Positions 34,944 to 42,949 of a stretch of 43,168 nt of DNA are shown piece by piece (position 1 is the stretch's first letter; every line of letters begins with the position of its first letter). The stretch spans positions 1 through 43,168 of the forward strand of contig JBIOYN010000146.1 of assembly GCA_044870155.1 (NCBI GenBank). The letters run 5' to 3'. The DNA is from Acidimicrobiia bacterium. GTDB taxonomy: Bacteria > Actinomycetota > Acidimicrobiia > IMCC26256 > BP-133. The notes under the pieces are model-generated. The model had not been told where the DNA came from. It made no database searches and was given only the letters and a program-made list of their open reading frames with translations. The translations under genes were made by a program, and so were the position numbers.

Positions 34944-35884
34944 GCGCAAGCGCACGCCGGGCCGCGGGAGCCGTCGTGCTGGCGCTGTGCCTGGCCGCCG
35001 GCGCCTGCTCGTCGGACGACGGGCAGTCGTTGCCCACCCCCGGCTCGTCGTCCACCACCACCACGACCGCACCCCTCGACTTCAGCGAGGTGGCGCTGTC
35101 TCCCGTCGCCCCGGGCAAGCAGCCTCCCGTCACCCGGCCGCCGGGTCCGCCGAGGGCGTCCATCGCCGGGAAGGTGGTCGATACCGTCGGCACGCCCGTC
35201 CCCGGGGCCATGGTGCGGGCGGCGTACTACTTCGACCCGGCCAAACCCGAGATCATCGAGGCCATCTCCGGGCCCGACGGCGGCTACCGCTTCGACAGGC
35301 TCTACGGCGGCCGGTGGCGAATCCGGGCCTGGCTGGCGCCGACGCTGGCCACCTTCGAGCAGCCCGCCTTCTTCCTCGGCGCCGCCGAGCAGAAGGTCGT
35401 GGACCTCAAGGTCAAGGCCGTCTCCGACATGGACCTCACGTCCACCATGGCTCCCGACCCGCCCCTGGTGGGGTGGCTGGCGGAGCTGGCGGTGCTGGTC
35501 GTCACTCAGACCGTGGACCCGGAGGGACGCGTGGTCCGCACCCCCCTGGGCGGTGTTTCGGTGACCGTCTCGAGCGATGGCGCCTATTCGGTGTCGCCAT
35601 CGTCCACCCAGCTCACCGAGGAGGACGGTACCGTGCGGTGGACCGTGACGTGTGGCTCCGAGGGCGTCCACACCCTGACCGCGACGGTGACCCCGGCGAC
35701 GTCGCCGCCCCGGGAGTTCCCGGTGACGTCGCCGTCGTGCCTGTCGCCGGCGTCGACCACCACCGCCACCACGATGAACCCGTCGTCCTCTACGAGCTCG
35801 ACGAAGCCGAAGCCGAAGACGAAGACGACGACGACGACCCGGCCGACGACGAGCTCCACCCGGGCGGGCGTGCAGCCACGCTGA
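34940..35884 (+). CDS. lipoprotein with carboxypeptidase-regulatory-like (CarboxypepD_reg) beta-sandwich domain and Thr/Ser/Lys/Pro-rich tail
   Basis: The GTG at 34940 overlaps the upstream stop (GTGA). It has lipobox LAAGAC and a Thr-rich linker. IAGKVVDTVGTPVPGAMVRA...GPDGGYRFDRLYGGRWRIRA is typical of the domain. The low-complexity C-terminus overlaps the convergent kinase gene. Confidence 0.55.
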   Translation: MSASARRAAGAVVLALCLAAGACSSDDGQSLPTPGSSSTTTTTAPLDFSEVALSPVAPGKQPPVTRPPGPPRASIAGKVVDTVGTPVPGAMVRAAYYFDPAKPEIIEAISGPDGGYRFDRLYGGRWRIRAWLAPTLATFEQPAFFLGAAEQKVVDLKVKAVSDMDLTSTMAPDPPLVGWLAELAVLVVTQTVDPEGRVVRTPLGGVSVTVSSDGAYSVSPSSTQLTEEDGTVRWTVTCGSEGVHTLTATVTPATSPPREFPVTSPSCLSPASTTTATTMNPSSSTSSTKPKPKTKTTTTTRPTTSSTRAGVQPR

Positions 35885-37346
35885 CGGTGAAGCGGGTGCG
35901 GCCCTCCGGGGTGCGCCCCGCCGTGGCCGTCCCACCCATGGCCGCCGCCAGCTGGGCCACGATGGCCAGCCCCAGTCCGGTACCCACCTTGCGGGCCGCC
36001 CGGGGGTTCGGGGTGGCCCCGGAAGCGGAGCGGCCCGAGGTGTAGAGGCGCTCGAAGACGTGGGGCAGGTCGGCAGGGGCGACGCCCGGCCCGTCGTCCA
36101 CCACGGAGATCTCGACCCCCGGCGGGGTGGCCACCACACCCACCTCCACCGCGGTCGCCGCGTACTTGATGGCGTTCTCGACCAGGTTGGCCACCACCTG
36201 GGCCAGCCGCTCGGGGTCGAGCTCGGCGGGGAGCGGTCCCGGGGCGGGGAGGGCGACCAGGGCCAGGCCGGCCTCGGCGGCGGCGGGTTGGAGCGCCTCC
36301 ACGGCGCCGGCCACCACCTCGCCGGCGTCGACGGGCCGGGGGTGAAGGGAGAACTCCCGGGTGTCGAGGCGGGCCAGGTCGAGCAGGTCGGCCACCAGCC
36401 GCTCCAGGCGCCGGGCCTCGGACCCGATGATGGCCGCCGCCCGCCGGCGGGTCTCGTCGTCGTCGGCCGTCCCCTCGGCCACGGCCTCGGCGTAGCCCCG
36501 GATGGAGGTGAGCGGGGTGCGCAGATCATGGGACACGCTCATGAGGAAGGCCCGCTCCTGCCCGGCGGCCCGCTCCAGTTCGGCGGCCATGGTGTCGATG
36601 GCGGCCCCCAGGCGGGCCAGCTCGTCGTCGGCCTCGACCAGGCCGCCGACCCGGGCCCCGAGGTCGCCACCGGCGATGGCCCGGGTGGTGCGCTCCATGG
36701 CCTGGAGGGGGCTGGTGAGCCTGCGGGCCAGCCACAGGGCAACCGCCGCCGCCACCGCCGCGGCCACGCCGGTGGCCACGAGCAGGAAGGGCCCGCTCCG
36801 GCCCAGGGGCAGCAGCCCCACCTGCCGGGTCAGCACCACCACCGGCCGCAGATCGCGGCTGGCCAGAGGCGCCAGCGGGTGGGCCACGAACACCAGGCGG
36901 CGGCTGCCGCCCGTCTGGGTGGCGCCGCTCCACAGGGCGGCGCCGTCCAGGTCGTCGACGCCGACGCCGTGGGGCAGGGTGGGCAGGCCGGCGACCTGGC
37001 GGCGGGGAAGGAGGGTGTCCCGGGCCCGGAGCCGGGAGACGAGGGCGTCGCCCACCACCTGGCCGTCGGGAGTGACGTAGACCACACCGATCCCGCTCAC
37101 GTCCAGGACCCGGCCCAGCCGCCGGCTGAGGTTGGCCAGGTTTCCGACTCCGTCCTCGACCAGCTGCGACAGCCCGGCGGCGGTGTCGGTCAGGTCGCGG
37201 CGGGCGTCGGCCCGGGCGGTGGAGCGGGCCAGGGCGCCGGTGATGACCACGGCGGCGAGCAGCGAGCCCACGGCCATCGCCACCAGGCAGGCGGCCAGCC
37301 GGCGCCGCAGCGATCCCGGGCCCGATGTGGTTGAGGTGCGACTCAC
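35790..37346 (-). CDS. sensor histidine kinase (2 TM, HAMP, HisKA, HATPase_c)
   Basis: The GTG at 37346 overlaps the response-regulator stop (GTGA). H-box SHDLRTPLTSIRGYAE, N-box NLVENAIKY, G-boxes DDGPGV and GTGLGLAIV. A Ser-rich tail of about 30 aa follows the catalytic domain. Confidence 0.85.
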   Translation of the reverse strand: MSRTSTTSGPGSLRRRLAACLVAMAVGSLLAAVVITGALARSTARADARRDLTDTAAGLSQLVEDGVGNLANLSRRLGRVLDVSGIGVVYVTPDGQVVGDALVSRLRARDTLLPRRQVAGLPTLPHGVGVDDLDGAALWSGATQTGGSRRLVFVAHPLAPLASRDLRPVVVLTRQVGLLPLGRSGPFLLVATGVAAAVAAAVALWLARRLTSPLQAMERTTRAIAGGDLGARVGGLVEADDELARLGAAIDTMAAELERAAGQERAFLMSVSHDLRTPLTSIRGYAEAVAEGTADDDETRRRAAAIIGSEARRLERLVADLLDLARLDTREFSLHPRPVDAGEVVAGAVEALQPAAAEAGLALVALPAPGPLPAELDPERLAQVVANLVENAIKYAATAVEVGVVATPPGVEISVVDDGPGVAPADLPHVFERLYTSGRSASGATPNPRAARKVGTGLGLAIVAQLAAAMGGTATAGRTPEGRTRFTVSVAARPPGWSSSSAGSSSSSSSSASASSSS

Positions 37347-38020
37347 TTGTCCAGGCGGTAGCCGAGGCCCCGCACGGTGGTGAGGGCCACGGTCCCGGCC
37401 AGTTTCTTGCGCACCTGGGCCACGTGGACGTCGACCGTGCGGGGATCGCCGTACCAGCCGTAGCCCCACACCCCGTCGAGGATCTGCTGGCGGGAGAGGG
37501 CCAGCCCCGGCCGCTCGGCCAGGTAGCGCAACAGCTCGAACTCCTTGGCCGTCAGATCGACCACGCTGCCGCCGGCGGTGACCTCCCGCCGGCCCAGGTC
37601 GATCACGGCCCCGCCGACTTCGATGACCGTGACCGCCGGGGCGACCGCTTCCGTGCGACGCAGGACGGCCTTGACCCGGGCCACCAGCTCCCGGGGGGAG
37701 AAGGGCTTGGTGAGGTAGTCGTCGGCGCCCATCTCCAGGCCCAGGACGCGGTCGATCTCGGCGTCCCGGGCGGTGAGGAAGATCACCGGGATCGGGCTCT
37801 CCGCCTGGAGCTTGCGGCACACCTCGAGGCCGTCGATGCCGGGCAGCCCGACGTCCAGCACCACCAGCCGGGGCCGCTCCCGCCGGGCCGCGCTCAGCCC
37901 GTCCTCACCGGTGGCCGCCTTGAGCACCCGGAAGCCCTCCTTGCGCAGGTAGAGCTCGACCAGGTCGGCGATGTTGGGCTCGTCGTCCACCACCAGGATG
38001 GTGCCGCCGGCGCCCGTCAC
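37343..38020 (-). CDS. OmpR/PhoB-family response regulator
   Basis: 225 aa. ILVVDDEP, LVVLDVGLPGIDG, DDYLTKPFSPRELVARV, and a winged-helix C-terminus (LTAKEFELLRYL...RTVDVHV..LRKKL). Confidence 0.9.
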   Translation of the reverse strand: MTGAGGTILVVDDEPNIADLVELYLRKEGFRVLKAATGEDGLSAARRERPRLVVLDVGLPGIDGLEVCRKLQAESPIPVIFLTARDAEIDRVLGLEMGADDYLTKPFSPRELVARVKAVLRRTEAVAPAVTVIEVGGAVIDLGRREVTAGGSVVDLTAKEFELLRYLAERPGLALSRQQILDGVWGYGWYGDPRTVDVHVAQVRKKLAGTVALTTVRGLGYRLDK

Positions 38021-38043
38021 GCCGACATCGTGTCATGTCCTGA

Positions 38044-38063
38044 GGGGACACCCCGGACCCCGG
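38044..38063 (-). repeat. intergenic copy of the CCGGGG-N3-GGGGTGTCCCC motif
   Basis: The minus strand reads CCGGGGTCCGGGGTGTCCCC. It lies between the nitroreductase stop and the response-regulator start, in the same orientation as local transcription. Confidence 0.5.
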
Positions 38064-38073
38064 GCCCTGCCCG

Positions 38074-38667
38074 TCACCACCGGCCGCGATGGATGGTCTC
38101 GGTCACCGGACGCCGGCCCCGTGCCAGGGAGGGTGACGGCTCGTCGGGGGCGGGGTGGCCGAGGGCGACGGCGCCGATGGGGGTGTGGTCCTCGGGAATC
38201 CCGAAGGTGGCGCGCAACTCGGGCAGGCCGGCGAAGATGCCGAAGAACAGCGCCCCCAGCCCGGCGTCCACCGCCCCGAGGAGGAGGGTCATGGTGGCGA
38301 AGGCACAGTCGACGTCCCAGTAGGGGACGGGCCAGCGGGCCTCGTCCCGGTCCGTCCACCCTTTGTCCGGCTCGGCGTAGCGGTCGAGGTAGGCCTCCTT
38401 CGAGGAGCACGGCACCACGATCACGGGGGCGGTGAACAGACCCGGCCAGCGGAACCCCTCCCGCTCGGGGACGGGGAAGGTGGCGTCCCAGAACCGGCCC
38501 ACCTGATCGGGCCCGTGGAGCACCAGGAAGGCGAAGCCCTGTGTGTAGCCGGCGGAGGGCGCCCGGCGGGCCAGGTCGAGGATGTGATCGAGGACGGCGC
38601 CGTCGACGGGCTCGGCCGTGAAGTTGCGCACCATCCGCCGCCGTCGCACGGCCTCGGCGAACTCCAT
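38074..38667 (-). CDS. nitroreductase family protein
   Basis: 197 aa from the ATG at 38667, which shares 1 nt with the TetR stop (TGATG). It has RRRRMVRNFTAEPV and APSAGYTQGFAFLVL blocks. Confidence 0.72.
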   Translation of the reverse strand: MEFAEAVRRRRMVRNFTAEPVDGAVLDHILDLARRAPSAGYTQGFAFLVLHGPDQVGRFWDATFPVPEREGFRWPGLFTAPVIVVPCSSKEAYLDRYAEPDKGWTDRDEARWPVPYWDVDCAFATMTLLLGAVDAGLGALFFGIFAGLPELRATFGIPEDHTPIGAVALGHPAPDEPSPSLARGRRPVTETIHRGRW

Positions 38668-39254
38668 CAGGACTTCTTCCCGCCGCCGGCCGGCCGGCCC
38701 AGGACGCCCTCCAGGAGCCGGGCCATGAGCCCGATCGTGGCGAAGAGCGACTGCTCCTTGGCGCGGTCGGGATCGAGATGGGTCATGAGCTCGATGCCCA
38801 CGAACAGGGCGCTGATGACGAAGGCCAGGTCGTCGACGGGGACGAGCTGCTCGTAGGGGGTGCCCTGGACCACCCGGCGGATGGCCACCACCACCATCTC
38901 CGTCCACGGCTCGAAGCGGCGCAGCACCTCGACGGCCAGCTCGGGTGACGACGACGCCCCCGCCAGCATCTGGGACAGCACGTGGATGTGGCCGGCCTCC
39001 ACCAGCTGGGGGAGGCTGGACACCTCCGCCAGCTGCTCCCGGTAGCGGGCCATGCGGGCGTCGGAGATGCAGTCGAGCCCGGCCAGGAGGGCATCGTTGA
39101 CGGAACCGAAGTGGTAGAAGATCAGCGCCTGGTTGAAGCCGCCCGTGCGGGCGATGGCCCGGGCGCTGGTCCCCACGATGCCCTCCCTGCGCACCGTCTC
39201 CATGGCGGCGTCGATGATGCGCTGGCGGGTGTCGGCTGACGTCGTCGGGTTCAC
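38667..39254 (-). CDS. TetR/AcrR-family transcriptional regulator
   Basis: 195 aa from the GTG at 39254, which overlaps the upstream stop (GTGA). N-terminal HTH: TRQRIIDAAMETVRREGIVGTSARAIARTGGFNQALIFYHFGS. Confidence 0.8.
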   Translation of the reverse strand: MNPTTSADTRQRIIDAAMETVRREGIVGTSARAIARTGGFNQALIFYHFGSVNDALLAGLDCISDARMARYREQLAEVSSLPQLVEAGHIHVLSQMLAGASSSPELAVEVLRRFEPWTEMVVVAIRRVVQGTPYEQLVPVDDLAFVISALFVGIELMTHLDPDRAKEQSLFATIGLMARLLEGVLGRPAGGGKKS

Positions 39255-39676
39255 GAGGCCGGCTGGCCGGCGGGCGGGCCCCAGTTGATCGGCGGGACCG
39301 GCTGCGCCTTCGGGGGCACGGGGCCCATCTCCGCCCGGCGGCGGATGCGGTAGAAGACGAACATGTTGAGGAGGTGGAGGACGCCGAGGGACATGAGCAG
39401 GGTTCCCAGCCGGTGCACCAGGACCTCGGTGGCCGACAGGGCGTCGACGGCCGAGCGGGCCTGGAGGATGAGCAGCGCAAAGCCCAGGTTCAACAGGTAG
39501 AACCCGATGACCAGCAGCCGGTTGACCGATTCCGCCAGCTGGGGCTTGTCGGCGAACACGTCTTCGAGGAACACCGCTCCGTTGCGGAAGAGGGTGCGGG
39601 CCAGCCACACCACCAGCCCGATGCTGGTGGCCGAATAGATCACGTAGACGGCGATGACGTAGCGATCCGACGACAT
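39251..39676 (-). CDS. small polytopic membrane protein (141 aa)
   Basis: The ATG at 39676 is preceded by GGAG. It has 3-4 hydrophobic helices and is the first gene of the TetR operon. No family recognised. Confidence 0.5.
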   Translation of the reverse strand: MSSDRYVIAVYVIYSATSIGLVVWLARTLFRNGAVFLEDVFADKPQLAESVNRLLVIGFYLLNLGFALLILQARSAVDALSATEVLVHRLGTLLMSLGVLHLLNMFVFYRIRRRAEMGPVPPKAQPVPPINWGPPAGQPAS

Positions 39677-39736
39677 GGCGCTCCACGCTCCTTTGCGCTT
39701 GAGCATCTGCTTTGACCGATCGCTTTGATCGACCGT

Positions 39737-39754
39737 TTTAAGCGTACGCTCAAA
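39737..39754. promoter_or_regulatory. candidate TetR operator overlapping the operon promoter
   Basis: TTTAAGCGTACGCTCAAA is an 18-bp palindrome with one mismatched pair; the core AGCGTACGCT is perfect. On the minus strand, TTGACG (39770..39765) plus an 18-nt spacer plus TACGCT gives a plausible -35/-10 whose -10 lies inside the palindrome. Confidence 0.45.
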
Positions 39755-39782
39755 CACGCTGGGACGTCAAGCCCTGATCCCG

Positions 39783-40991
39783 TCAGCCGCGGGGCTCCTT
39801 GGGCAGGCCGAGGACCCGCTCGCCCACGATGTTGCGCATGACCTCGTCGGTGCCGCCCGCCACCCGCAGGCCGGGGACGCCGACCACCAGGTCCCCCCAG
39901 GCGTAGGTGCCCCATTCGCCGGTGTCGGCGGTGAGCCGGGGGCCGAGGAGGCCCGTGACGGCGGCCGAGACCCGCTGCAGGTTGTTGGTCAGGGCCAATT
40001 TCAGCGTGGAGGCCTCCGGGCCCGGCAGCTGGCCGGACCGCAGCTTGGCGATGGCCCGCATGGTGGTGAAGCGGGCCACGGACGAGTTGATGTAGATGTC
40101 GGCCAGGGCCTGGCGGACGTTGGGGTCGGCGGCCCGGTCGAGGTGACGGGCCAGCTGCTGGAGCCGGGTGAAGGCCCCCTGCCCCGGGGCGATGGAGCCG
40201 CCCCCGATGGCCAGCCGCTCGTTCATGAGCGTGGTCAGCGCCACCGTCCAGCCCTGGTCCACGTCACCGAGGAGGAACTCGGCCGGCACCCGCACGTCGG
40301 TGAAGAACACCTCGTTGAAGCTCGCTCCGCCCGTCATCTGGCGCAGGGGCCGGACCTCCACGCCGGGGGCGTGCATGTCGACCACGAACATGGTCAGGCC
40401 CCGGTGGCGGCTGTCGGGGTCGGTGGAGGTGCGGGTGATGATCTCGCCGATGTGGGAGTACTGGGCACCCGACGTCCATACCTTCTGGCCGTTGAGGATC
40501 CACTCGTCGCCGTCGCGCACGGCCCGGGTCTGGATCCCGGCCAGGTCAGAGCCCGCCACCGGCTCGGAGAACAGCTGGCAGGCGATCATGTCGCCCCGGT
40601 ACAGGGCAGGCAGATAGCGGGCCTTCACCGCCTCGACGGCGTGGGCCAGGATCGTGGGGGCGATCATGCCCAGGCCGATGCCGAAGGGGCCCTGCGACGG
40701 CGTCCGGTAGCCGGACTCCACCGACTGCCACACCCGCTCGTACTCCCGGGGAAGCCCCCGTCCGCCGTATTCCCCGGGCCCGCTGATCCAGCCGAAGCCG
40801 GCGTCGTAGATCTTCGCCCGCCACTCCTTGGCCCGCTCGACCTGGGCCGCCTCCTCCTCCGGGCTCTGCTCGGCGAAGAGGGCCACATCGTCGGACCCCT
40901 CGCCCCAGACGAGGCGCACCTCCGGCCTGGGCTCGGCGTTGGCGTCGAGGAAGGCGGTGGCTTCGGCCCGGAAATCGTCGATGCTGATCAT
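39783..40991 (-). CDS. acyl-CoA dehydrogenase
   Basis: 402 aa from the ATG at 40991 (MISIDDFRAEATAFLDAN...). Motifs are CQLFSEPVAGSDLAGIQTRA, WILNGQKVWTSGA and GGTDEVMRNIVGERVLGLP. The upstream part of the track ORF is an artefact. Confidence 0.85.
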   Translation of the reverse strand: MISIDDFRAEATAFLDANAEPRPEVRLVWGEGSDDVALFAEQSPEEEAAQVERAKEWRAKIYDAGFGWISGPGEYGGRGLPREYERVWQSVESGYRTPSQGPFGIGLGMIAPTILAHAVEAVKARYLPALYRGDMIACQLFSEPVAGSDLAGIQTRAVRDGDEWILNGQKVWTSGAQYSHIGEIITRTSTDPDSRHRGLTMFVVDMHAPGVEVRPLRQMTGGASFNEVFFTDVRVPAEFLLGDVDQGWTVALTTLMNERLAIGGGSIAPGQGAFTRLQQLARHLDRAADPNVRQALADIYINSSVARFTTMRAIAKLRSGQLPGPEASTLKLALTNNLQRVSAAVTGLLGPRLTADTGEWGTYAWGDLVVGVPGLRVAGGTDEVMRNIVGERVLGLPKEPRG

Positions 40992-41232
40992 GTCCGGTGA
41001 CGTTACTCGCCGGTATCCCACGGCCGGGTACCGTGACCGGATCGACTCTCCCGAGAGCCTTTCCGTCGCCTGCCGCCTGTGCGGGACGGCCCTACCCGAT
41101 CCCTCGGCGCGCTGTCCGGCGTGCGGGATGCACCCCGCCCGGGACCTTCCCCGGGCCACGAAATGGCGGATCGTGGCCGGCCTGGCCGTGCTCTACGCCT
41201 TCGTTGCCGTCGTGCTCGTCCTCACCCGTTGA
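40990..41232 (+). CDS. small zinc-ribbon membrane protein (80 aa)
   Basis: CRLCGTALPDPSARCPACG (CxxC-N11-CxxC) is followed by a C-terminal TM (WRIVAGLAVLYAFVAVVLVL). The only canonical in-frame start that keeps the ribbon is the ATG at 40990, which overlaps the divergent ACAD start. Its stop overlaps the ABC ATPase start (TTGA). Confidence 0.45.
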   Translation: MSGDVTRRYPTAGYRDRIDSPESLSVACRLCGTALPDPSARCPACGMHPARDLPRATKWRIVAGLAVLYAFVAVVLVLTR

Positions 41233-42215
41233 CCTCGGTGGAGGCGGCGGTCGAGATCGACGGTCTGCGGGTCGCCTACGGGGCGACGGTGGCCGTCGAC
41301 GGCCTCTCGCTCACCGTGGCCGAAGGCGAGGTGTTCGGGCTGCTGGGCCCCAACGGGGCAGGGAAGACGACCACGGTGGAGACGCTGGAGGGTTTCCGCC
41401 GGCCCGACGCCGGCACCGTGCGGGTGCTGGGCCGCGATCCCCGGACGGAGCGGGCGGCGCTGGCTCCCGCCATCGGGGTCATGCTCCAGGACGGCGGCCT
41501 GTACCCGGGGATCCGGCCCCCGGAGGTGCTTCGCCTCTTCGCCGCCTACTACGACGACCACGAGGACCCCGACGCCCTGCTCGACCTCGTGGGCCTGCGC
41601 CCGGCGGCCGGGACGGTGGTGCGCCGGCTGTCGGGCGGGCAGCGCCAGCGCCTCTCCCTCGCCCTGGCGCTGGTGGGCCGGCCCCGCCTGGTGTTCCTCG
41701 ACGAGCCCACGGCGGGGATGGATCCCCACGCCCGGCTCACCACCTGGGAGGTGATCAGTGGGCTGCGGGCCCGGGGGACGACCGTCCTGCTCACCACCCA
41801 CGGCATGAACGAGGCCGAGCGCCTGTGCGACCGCGTGGCCATCCTCGACGGCGGGCGCCTGGTGGCGCTCGGTTCCCCCGACGAGCTCACGTCCGGGGCG
41901 GGCGGGGGCGAGACCCGCTTCTCGGCCGTGCCCGGCCTGGATTGCGCCGCCCTGGCCGTCGCCGTCGGGCTGGCGCCGGGGGCGGTGACCGAGGAGCGGC
42001 CCGGGCGCTACCTGGTTGAGGCGGCGGGCACGCCGGCGCTCATCGCCGGTCTGGCGGGTTGGATGGCGGACCACGACGTGGCCCTCGGTGACCTGCAGGC
42101 CGGCCGGCGCAGCCTGGAAGAGGTGTTCCTGACCCTGACCGCCGAATCCGCCCCCGACGGCGGGCACTCGGACGAGGACGGCGGGCCCCGGGGCCGCCGG
42201 GGGCGGCGCCGGTGA
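41229..42215 (+). CDS. ABC transporter ATP-binding protein (ABC-2/DrrA-like exporter subfamily)
   Basis: TTG at 41229, or GTG at 41238. Motifs are GPNGAGKTT, LSGGQRQRLSLALA and VFLDEPTAGMD. It has a basic/acidic C-terminal tail. Confidence 0.85.
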   Translation: MTSVEAAVEIDGLRVAYGATVAVDGLSLTVAEGEVFGLLGPNGAGKTTTVETLEGFRRPDAGTVRVLGRDPRTERAALAPAIGVMLQDGGLYPGIRPPEVLRLFAAYYDDHEDPDALLDLVGLRPAAGTVVRRLSGGQRQRLSLALALVGRPRLVFLDEPTAGMDPHARLTTWEVISGLRARGTTVLLTTHGMNEAERLCDRVAILDGGRLVALGSPDELTSGAGGGETRFSAVPGLDCAALAVAVGLAPGAVTEERPGRYLVEAAGTPALIAGLAGWMADHDVALGDLQAGRRSLEEVFLTLTAESAPDGGHSDEDGGPRGRRGRRR

Positions 42216-42949
42216 GAGCCCGGGCCGTGGCCGCCCAGGCCCGGGTGGAGACGGTGCTGACCCTGCGCCGGGGCGAGAGCCTGCTCGTCACCCTCGGGAT
42301 CCCCATCGGGGTCCTCGTCTTCTTCGGCACCATCGACCTGGTCGACACCGGATTCGAGGAGCCGCTCGACTTCCTCGTCCCCGGCGTCCTGGCGCTGGCG
42401 GTGATGTCGACGGCCATGGTCAGCCTGGGCATCGCCACTGGCTTCGAGCGCCGCTACGGCGTCCTCAAGCGGCTGGGGCCCACCCCGCTGGGCCGCGACG
42501 GGCTGCTGGTGGCCAAGACGGTCACCGTCGTCGGCCTCGAGATCATCCAGGCCGCCGTCCTGGTGTTCGCCGGGGTGGCGCTCGGCTGGTCGCCGGGCGC
42601 CGGCGCCGGCGGACTCCTGCCGGCGGTGGGGATCATGGCACTGGGCACCGTGGGCTTCGCCGGCCTCGGACTGCTCATGGCCGGCGCCCTGCGGGCCGAG
42701 GCCACCCTGGCCCTGGCCAACGGGGCCTACCTCCTGCTGCTCCTCCTGGGCGGCATGGCCTTCCCCCTCGACCGCCTGCCCGGCGCCCTGGAAGCCGTCG
42801 CCCGCGCCCTCCCCGCCGCGCCCCTGGCCGCCTGCCTGCGCGGCGCCCTCACCGGCACCGGCGTTCCCGCCGGGGACCTCGCTCTCCTCGCCGTCTGGGC
42901 CGTCGTCACCCCCGTCGCCGCCGCCCGGCTGTTCCGCTGGGAGGAGTGA
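42212..42949 (+). CDS. ABC-2 type transporter permease
   Basis: 245 aa. The GTG overlaps the ATPase stop (GTGA). It has 6 hydrophobic helices with typical ABC-2 topology. Confidence 0.8.
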   Translation: MRARAVAAQARVETVLTLRRGESLLVTLGIPIGVLVFFGTIDLVDTGFEEPLDFLVPGVLALAVMSTAMVSLGIATGFERRYGVLKRLGPTPLGRDGLLVAKTVTVVGLEIIQAAVLVFAGVALGWSPGAGAGGLLPAVGIMALGTVGFAGLGLLMAGALRAEATLALANGAYLLLLLLGGMAFPLDRLPGALEAVARALPAAPLAACLRGALTGTGVPAGDLALLAVWAVVTPVAAARLFRWEE

